Part shown: piece after piece, positions 57,226 to 64,000 of the stretch | How the letters are laid out: every line of letters starts with the position of its first letter | How positions within the stretch are numbered: the first letter of the stretch is position 1 | Assembly: GCA_963755715.1 (NCBI GenBank) | Contig: CAVWLW010000024.1 | Location: forward strand, 96,001-160,000 | Length of the DNA stretch: 64,000 nucleotides | DNA from: an uncultured delta proteobacterium | GTDB taxonomy: Bacteria > Desulfobacterota > Binatia > UBA9968 | Direction of reading: 5' to 3' | Notes under the pieces: model-generated | What the model was told of the DNA's origin: nothing | What the model saw: only the letters and a program-made list of their open reading frames with translations | The model's database searches: none | Translations under genes and position numbers: made by a program

Positions 57226-58398
57226 ATGACCCCTGGGCTGCGCCGGGTCGAGACCGCGCTGTCAGCGCAAATCAAAGAGGCCGCTCAACGATTGGGCTTC
57301 GAACTGGTCGGCATTTCGCCGATGCGTCCTGCGCCGCATGAACAATCCTTTGCCCAGTGGCTGCGCGAGGGGTTGGCCGGCAATCTAGATTACATGCAAC
57401 GCACCGAGTCGTTGCGGCGCGATCCGCGCGAGCTCGTGCCGTGGGCGGTCTCGATTATTTCAGTAGGGATGAACTATTACAGCGGTTATTCCCGTCCGGT
57501 CGATTCTTCGGAGCCACGCGGATGGATCTCGCGCTACGCCTGGGGCGACGACTATCACAACCTCATGAAGGGCAAGCTGGAGGCGCTGCTTGAGAGTATC
57601 GGCCAATTCCATGACGGCAACATTCAAGGAAAAGCTTTCGTCGATTCGGGTCCGGTTTTGGAGCGAGACTTCGCCGGTATCGCCGGGCTCGGCTGGATCG
57701 GTAAAAATACCCACCTTATTTCGCCGAAGAAAGGCTCGTGGTTTTTCTTGGGCGAATTGTTCGTCGATTTGCCACTCGCTTACGATCGGCCGATTCGCGA
57801 TCGTTGCGGTCGCTGCGATTTGTGTTTGAAAGCCTGCCCGACCGGCGCCTTTGTCGGGCCCTACGTGCTGGATGCGCGGCGCTGCATCTCGTATTTGACG
57901 ATCGAGCTCAAGGATTGGATGCCGCGTTCGCTGCGACCGCTTGTTGGCAATCACATCTTCGGCTGCGATATCTGCCAGGAAGTCTGTCCATATAATGTGA
58001 AAGCGCTCCCGACTGCGGAAATCGCGTTTCAGCCGCGTTCGGGCCTGCACGCGCCGGAGCTGATCGCGTTTTTATCGCTCAGTGAAGCCGAGTTCCGCCA
58101 ACGCTTTCGCGCCAGTCCGATTTTACGCGCCAAGCGGCGCGGCTTTTTACGCAATGTCGCGGTGGCGCTCGGTAATCTAAAAGCGCTCGATGCGGTGCCG
58201 GCCTTGATTCGATCTCTCGACGACGAGGAATCTGTGGTGCGCGGGCACGTGGCGTGGGCTTTAGGCCAAATCGGCGCACAGACGGCGCTCGACCCTTTGC
58301 GCCGCCGGTTACGCGCAGAGAACGATGCCGATGTGCAAGAGGAACTACGGGAGGCGATTGGTATTTTGTCCGGCGACAGCGCGGATTTGCCGGTTTAG
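57226..58398 (+). CDS. queG: Epoxyqueuosine reductase with C-terminal HEAT repeats
   Basis: SRYAWGDDYH, DSGPVLER, CGRCDLCLKACPT, CISYLTIE, GCDICQEVCPYN. Confidence 0.95.
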   Translation: MTPGLRRVETALSAQIKEAAQRLGFELVGISPMRPAPHEQSFAQWLREGLAGNLDYMQRTESLRRDPRELVPWAVSIISVGMNYYSGYSRPVDSSEPRGWISRYAWGDDYHNLMKGKLEALLESIGQFHDGNIQGKAFVDSGPVLERDFAGIAGLGWIGKNTHLISPKKGSWFFLGELFVDLPLAYDRPIRDRCGRCDLCLKACPTGAFVGPYVLDARRCISYLTIELKDWMPRSLRPLVGNHIFGCDICQEVCPYNVKALPTAEIAFQPRSGLHAPELIAFLSLSEAEFRQRFRASPILRAKRRGFLRNVAVALGNLKALDAVPALIRSLDDEESVVRGHVAWALGQIGAQTALDPLRRRLRAENDADVQEELREAIGILSGDSADLPV

Positions 58399-58501
58399 TC
58401 GAAGCTAGAATCAAAGCTTTGTTAGGTGGTGAATTTGAAGCGGCCGGCAGGCCGAGGTAAATTAGCGGCAATATTTTGGCTCCCATCGACCGGCGATCAC
58501 G

Positions 58502-59393
58502 ATGACAGCACAAGCGACAAGTAGTTTTGATTTAGACGAGTATTTACAAAGACAATGCGCCGTTGTCGACCATGCACTCGAACATTATCTGAGTCACTAT
58601 CCGGATGCGTCGCAGACTCTCTATCAGGCGATGCGCTATGGTATTTTGCCTGGCGGCAAGCGGATTCGTCCGATCCTGACCCTGGCCGCGGGTGAATGGT
58701 TGGGCGCGGCACAGGCGCATTTGTTGTCTTTTGCCTGCGCGGTCGAAATGACTCCTGTTGATTCGCTGATCCATGATGATTTGCCGGCCCTCGATGACGA
58801 TGACTTGCGCCGCGGTGCGCCGGCCGCCCACAAGGTTTTCGGTGAGGGGATGGCTTTGTTGGCAGGCGATGGTTTGTTAACCGAAGCTTTCCATCTTTTG
58901 TCGAGCGCCGAGGCGACGCGCGGCGCGACGCCGGAACTGGTCGTGCAAGCAATCACGAATTGGCGCGGGTGGGCGCTTAGGTTTGGTCGGCGGGTGGCGC
59001 TGACTTGGAAGCGAAAGAGAAAACCATCGATCTGGCCACGGTAGAGATGATCCAATTGCGGAAACCGGCGCGTTGATTCTCGCTGCGCTCAGGATCGGTG
59101 CCCAAGTGGCCAAAGCGACAAGCGCCGATTTGGCGTGGCTCTCGCGCTATCGCGAATATCTTGGCTTGGCATTTCAGATCGCCGACGATATCCTAGATAG
59201 CCACGGCGGGGAGTTGAGCACGGCAGCCGAGTGGAGCCACAAGGAGCCGAAGCAGGCGATCCATCGGTTGTTGGAATCGTCGTAGCTCGGGAGCGGCTCA
59301 GGGAGCTTTTGAGTTTACCGCTGGTTGAGCTTGAAAACATTTGGCGGCGGTCGGGCGATTCACATTGGCGGCGCATCTTAGAAAAGGAGAGTC
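58502..59393 (+). CDS. ispA: Polyprenyl (farnesyl) diphosphate synthase, heavily frameshifted; end approximate
   Basis: GGKRIRP, SLIHDDLPALDDDDLRRG, AFQIADDILD; directly upstream of dxs. Confidence 0.8.
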
Positions 59394-61320
59394 ATGGACA
59401 ATATGTCGCGGCTGTTGGACGGAGTTGAATATCCGAAAGACATTAGACGTTTTTCCATCGAAGAATTAAACCAACTCGCCGCTGAGATCCGCGAAGAAGT
59501 GATTTCGGTTGTCTCGGAGGTCGGCGGTCACTTTGCTTCGACTCTCGGCGCGGTCGAATTGACCCTCGCGCTTCATTACGTCTTCAACACGCCCGAAGAC
59601 CGGATCGTCTGGGACACCGGGCATCAGGCTTACGCGCATAAATTGATCTGCGGGCGGCGCAATCGGTTGGCGACGATTCGCCAACTAAACGGCCTAAGCG
59701 GTTTTTTGAGCCGGGAAGAAAGCGAATATGATGTCTTCGGCGCGGGCCACGCCGGCACATCGATCTCGGCAGCTCTGGGGATGGTGGAGGCAAAGGACCT
59801 CGAAGGCGCGAGCCGCAAAGTGGTCGCGGTGATCAGCGATGGCGGGCTAAGCGCCGGTTTGACTTACGAAGGGTTAAATTCCGCCGGTCACCTCGACCGC
59901 GATCTGATCGTGGTGCTTGAACGACAACGAGCATTTCATCGATCCCCGAGTGGGTGCGGTGTCTTCGTTTTTGAGCAAGCAGTTCACCAGCGATCTCGGC
60001 GTGCGCTTGCAAAAAAATCTCTCGAACCTGCTGCGCAGTCTACCGAGCGGCGAGAATCTCAAACACGCGGCGCGCAAGATGCGCGACTCTTTCTTGAGCT
60101 TGGTCACGCCCGGGTTTCTCTTCGAAAGCTTGGGCTTTCAATACGTCGGGCCCATCGATGGCCACAACATAAGCGAAATGATCACGACGCTGGAAAGCGT
60201 TAAGAAGCTCGACGGCCCGACGCTCGTTCACGTGCTCACCAAGAAAGGCAAAGGCTATGCTCCAGCGGAACAGGATCCGATCAAGTTTCACGCTGTGACG
60301 CCTTTTCACGTGCTCACGGGTAAGCCTAAAAAAGAAAAGGGACCGGTCCCGACTTACACCGATGTGTTCGGCCAGTCGCTCGTGCGCCTCGCCAAAGGGA
60401 ATCCCAAAATCGTCGGCATTACCGCGGCGATGGGCAGCGGCACCGGCATCGACAAGCTTGCCCGCGAAATGCCGCGCCGCACCTACGACGTAGGCATTGC
60501 CGAGCAGCACGCGGTGACGTTCGCCGGCGGCATGGCGACCGAAGGATTTATTCCGGTGGTCGCCATCTATTCGACATTTCTGCAGCGCGGTTACGATGAA
60601 ATCTTGCATGACGTCTGTTTGCAAAACTTGCACGTGGTCTTTGCCCTCGACCGCGCCGGTCTGGTCGGCGCGGACGGCCCGACCCACCACGGTGTTTTCG
60701 ACTTTGCCTACATGCGCGCGATGCCGAACATGGTCATCATGGCGCCGAAGGATGAAAACGAGCTGCAGCACATGCTGAAGACCGCCATCGATCACCCCGG
60801 GCCGATTTCACTGCGCTATCCGCGCGGCGAAGGTTGGGGCGTGGCGCTCGATAAAGATATGAAGACTCTCGAGATCGGTAAGGCAGAAATTTTGCGCCAA
60901 GGCGGCGACGTCGTGATCGCGGCCATCGGCCACACGGTACTCCCCGCGCTCAAGGCCGCCGAAGAGCTGGCGCCGCTTGGTATCGATGCCAGCGTGGTCA
61001 ACGCGCGTTTCGTCAAGCCGCTGGATAAAAACCTATTTCGCGACCTGCTGACTCGAGTGCCGCGCCTGATCACCGTCGAAGATCACGTGGTCACCGGCGG
61101 TTTCGGCAGCGGCTTGATCGAATTTCTCGCCGACGAGGGTTTTACCGGCATCGAAGTGAAACGGCTCGGCGTGCCGGACCGGTTTATTCCTCACGGCACC
61201 CAAGACGAGCTTCGGAAAATGTGCGGTTTCGATAAGGATGCGATCGCTCAGGCGACCTTGCAACTGGTTCGGCGCGGCAAGAAACGAAGCAGGGAGGGAT
61301 GGGAAAGAGGGAGCGCCTAG
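59394..61320 (+). CDS. dxs: 1-deoxy-D-xylulose-5-phosphate synthase (frameshift near 59918)
   Basis: GGHFASTLG, WDTGHQAY, GHAGTSIS, GIAEQHAV, DRAGLVGADGPTHHG. Confidence 0.95.
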
Positions 61321-62036
61321 ATTTGCTGCTGGTCGGTCGCGGTCTGGTCGGTAGCCGGGAAGACGGCCGGCGCAAGATCATGGCCGGCGACGTCCTGGTC
61401 AATGATCAAGCCGTGACCAAGGCCGGCGCCTTGATCGATGCTAGCGCACGCATCGGCCTCAAAGCCACGCCTCGCTATGTCAGCCGAGGCGGGCTGAAGC
61501 TCGAAAAAGCTTTAAGTGACTTCTCGATCGAATTGACCGGCAAGACCGTTCTCGACGTCGGCGCTTCCACTGGCGGCTTTACCGATTGTTTGCTCGCCCA
61601 CGGCGCGGCCAAAGTTTGCGCGATCGACGTCGGCTACGGCCAGTTTGACTGGCAACTGCGTAACAATCCGCGCGTCTGGCTGCTCGAAAAAACCAATATT
61701 CGTTTTCTCGAGGCCGAGTCCCTGCCTCAGGTGCCGCATATCGCAACGATCGACGTGTCGTTCATATCGCTGAAGATCGTTTTGCCCCGAGTAAAAATGC
61801 TGCTCCAGCCGAGCCATGAAATTATTGCTCTAATCAAGCCGCAGTTCGAAGTCGGCAAGGGCAAAGTCGGCAAGGGTGGCGTAGTGCGGTCGGCAGCGGA
61901 GCATGCGCGGGTCATCGACGAGATCCAAGCCGCCGCGACAGAATTGGGTTATGATGTGCGCGGGACGATCGAGTCGCCGCTTTTGGGACCCAAAGGGAAT
62001 AAAGAATTCTTGATCTATCTCCGCATCGACCAATAA
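61299..62036 (+). CDS. tlyA: TlyA family rRNA methyltransferase
   Basis: YVSRGGLKL, DVGASTGGFTD, DVSFISL, LIKPQFE, GNKEFL. Confidence 0.95.
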   Translation: MGKRERLDLLLVGRGLVGSREDGRRKIMAGDVLVNDQAVTKAGALIDASARIGLKATPRYVSRGGLKLEKALSDFSIELTGKTVLDVGASTGGFTDCLLAHGAAKVCAIDVGYGQFDWQLRNNPRVWLLEKTNIRFLEAESLPQVPHIATIDVSFISLKIVLPRVKMLLQPSHEIIALIKPQFEVGKGKVGKGGVVRSAAEHARVIDEIQAAATELGYDVRGTIESPLLGPKGNKEFLIYLRIDQ

Positions 62037-62100
62037 GATCGCGGCGCTTGTCGAGAGGCGCCGCGGAAACCATTTTTCGCTCAGCTCCAGGGTTCAAGCC

Positions 62101-62831
62101 ATGCCCGGTTTTAAAAAAATCGCTCATCGCGGCGCCTCCGGCCAATATCCGGAAAACACCCGCTTGGCTTTCGTAAAAGCCATCGAAGCCGGCGTCGATA
62201 TGATCGAGCTCGATTGCCAGATGACTCAAGACGGACACGTGGTCGTTTTTCATGATGAGCGTCTGACGCGCACCGCAAGCGCCAGAGGAACGGTCACGAG
62301 CAAGACCCTGGAGCACTTGAAAAAACTGGACATCGGCCGGTGGCGCAAAAAAGCCTTCAAAGGCGAGCGTATTCTGACGTTGGAAGAAGCACTGGAATGC
62401 CTGGCCGGCAACGCCGATCTTTGCTGTGGAAATAAAATCCTACCCTGACTCGTTCGCCCGGCATCGAGCTCAAGATTCTTTTTATCATCAGCCACTACGA
62501 TTATTTGGATCGGACGATCATTTCTTCGTTCAATGATAACGTTCTCGCGCGTGTGCGCGAGTTGGCGCCGGAAGCCACGCTCGGCGTCATCTTCGGCGCC
62601 AAAAGCGCCAATGACCCGTTCGAAAGCGCAAGACGGTTGGGCGCCAAATCGATCCACGTTCAAAAAGAAATTGTTTCCCGGCAGTTTTTGAGTTTGGCGT
62701 GGGAAGACGGTTTGGACGTTCACGTTTGGACCGTCAACGAGTTCCGTGAAATGGAAGCGTTCATGGCGCTGGGCGTGCAAGGCTTGATCTCAGATTTTCC
62801 CGACAAATTTGCCAAGCTCCGGTGCCGATAA
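62101..62831 (+). CDS. Glycerophosphodiester phosphodiesterase (frameshifted)
   Basis: AHRGASGQYPENT, ELD, HDERLTRT; ISSFN, VWTVN, GLISDFP. Confidence 0.88.
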
Positions 62832-62973
62832 GCGTCGGAGGCCTCAAGTCGCATCGACGTCAAGACGAACCCTCGCGATGCGGTTTCGTCATAAGCGTTT
62901 TCAAACATTTGCCGAAGGATTGTTCATTGGTGCATCAATTGCCTGCAAACTGTTCATTTTTAAAGTGAATTGC

Positions 62974-63001
62974 TTGACTTGGAAGGCAAATGCGCTAGAA
63001 T
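62974..63001 (+). promoter_or_regulatory. Probable sigma-70 promoter of rpsU
   Basis: TTGACT-16 bp-TAGAAT, 50 nt upstream of the ATG. Confidence 0.6.
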
Positions 63002-63051
63002 CACCGGCGGGCATGTTATGGTCCCTTGCTGATCGGGGGTGATGTAATTTT

Positions 63052-63246
63052 ATGACTGGTGTCCGAGTTAGAGAAAACGAGTCGATTGAAAGCGCTATCC
63101 GACGTTTTAAGAAATTATGTGAAAAAGCGGGTATTCTCGCCGAGCTACGTAAGCGAGAACACTACGAAAAGCCCAGTGTCAAAAGGAAAAAAAAGGCGAT
63201 AGCCGCAAAAAAAAGAGCGCTCCGGCGCGTGCGCCATTCTTTTTAG
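63052..63246 (+). CDS. rpsU: 30S ribosomal protein S21
   Basis: [18 protein letters not shown]...[12 protein letters not shown]. Confidence 0.97.
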   Translation: MTGVRVRENESIESAIRRFKKLCEKAGILAELRKREHYEKPSVKRKKKAIAAKKRALRRVRHSF

Positions 63247-63280
63247 AAATCTGTCTCAATGATTGTTGCCAATACGCGAC

Positions 63281-63727
63281 GTGGATCTTAAGACCGATAT
63301 AAAAGAAGCCGTCAAAGTGGCGATGAAAAGCGGCGATGCCGTGACGCTCTCCACGCTGCGGCTTCTTTTGGCCGCGCTTCAGAACGAAGAAATCAGACTC
63401 CGAAGAGAACTTGTTCCTGAAGAAATTCAACGCACTATTGCAACCCTCTGTAAACAACGCACCGAGGCGATCGACTTGTACCGCAAGGGCAAGCGAGACG
63501 ATCTCGCTCAGAAAGAGGAAGCCGAGTTAGGGGTTCTGAAGCGCTTCTTGCCGCAGCCTCTCTCCGAAGATGAAGTCAAGAGTTTGATTCGAGCGAGTAT
63601 TGCCGAGGCGAGCGCCCAAGGAATCCAAGATCTCGGCAAGGTCATGAAGCTGGTGATGCCGAAAGTCTCGGGCAGAAGCGACGGCAAACGTGTCAATGAG
63701 CTGGCGAAAGCGCTCTTGAGCGATTAG
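63281..63727 (+). CDS. yqeY: GatB/YqeY domain protein
   Basis: AMKSGD, FLPQPLS, DLGKVMK, GRSDGK; follows rpsU. Confidence 0.93.
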   Translation: MDLKTDIKEAVKVAMKSGDAVTLSTLRLLLAALQNEEIRLRRELVPEEIQRTIATLCKQRTEAIDLYRKGKRDDLAQKEEAELGVLKRFLPQPLSEDEVKSLIRASIAEASAQGIQDLGKVMKLVMPKVSGRSDGKRVNELAKALLSD

Positions 63728-63908
63728 GGGAAAAGATCGCCTGTGGCGCGCGCCGCTCGGGCTCGACACAGGCGACGGATTAAAACGCAAATTAGATTTT
63801 GTTTTTCGGGTCGTGTACGGGATGGAGTGAATTCCGTGAAGTTTTCCGAGGCGGCGCGCGCGCGGAGACGGGGATTGCCGGATCGCGCGTCTTGGGTGGT
63901 TTTCGCTC

Positions 63909-64000
63909 GTGAATTGGATCGACCTGATTATCATCTGCATGCTGGCTCTCTTTGGCTTGCGAGGATTTTTCCGGGGCCTATTTCGCGAAGTTTTTTCGCT
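63909..64000 (+). CDS. cvpA: CvpA family protein, 5' part only
   Basis: GTG start; MNWIDLIIICMLALFGLRGFFRGLFREVFS (not in the ORF track). Confidence 0.8.
   Translation, partial: MNWIDLIIICMLALFGLRGFFRGLFREVFS

Overview
GC-rich bacterial chromosome segment. The gene repertoire suggests a Candidatus Binatia / Deltaproteobacteria-like organism (inference): many orphan ABC and TTT solute-binding proteins, tandem TPP enzymes, and the order yebC-ruvCAB-ntrY-lpxC-queG-ispA-dxs-tlyA-rpsU-yqeY-cvpA. About 20 genes, including dxs, are broken by small indels, so most frameshifts are probably assembly errors. Positions 1-43 kb are accessory transport and catabolic genes; 43-64 kb are mostly core genes. 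I found no rRNA, tRNA, CRISPR array or transposase. Two observations stand out. (1) An NtrY-type sensor kinase is followed by an NtrX-like receiver domain that has no AAA+/HTH output and runs straight into lpxC, probably as a REC-LpxC fusion; this would put lipid A synthesis under direct two-component control. (2) A family of ~200-bp non-autonomous elements has fixed hairpin ends, no terminal inverted repeats and no target duplication. Each carries a REP-like palindrome as variable cargo and inserts at a fixed position inside REP-like palindromes, giving nested structures at 41.8-42.3 kb and 46.2-46.5 kb.
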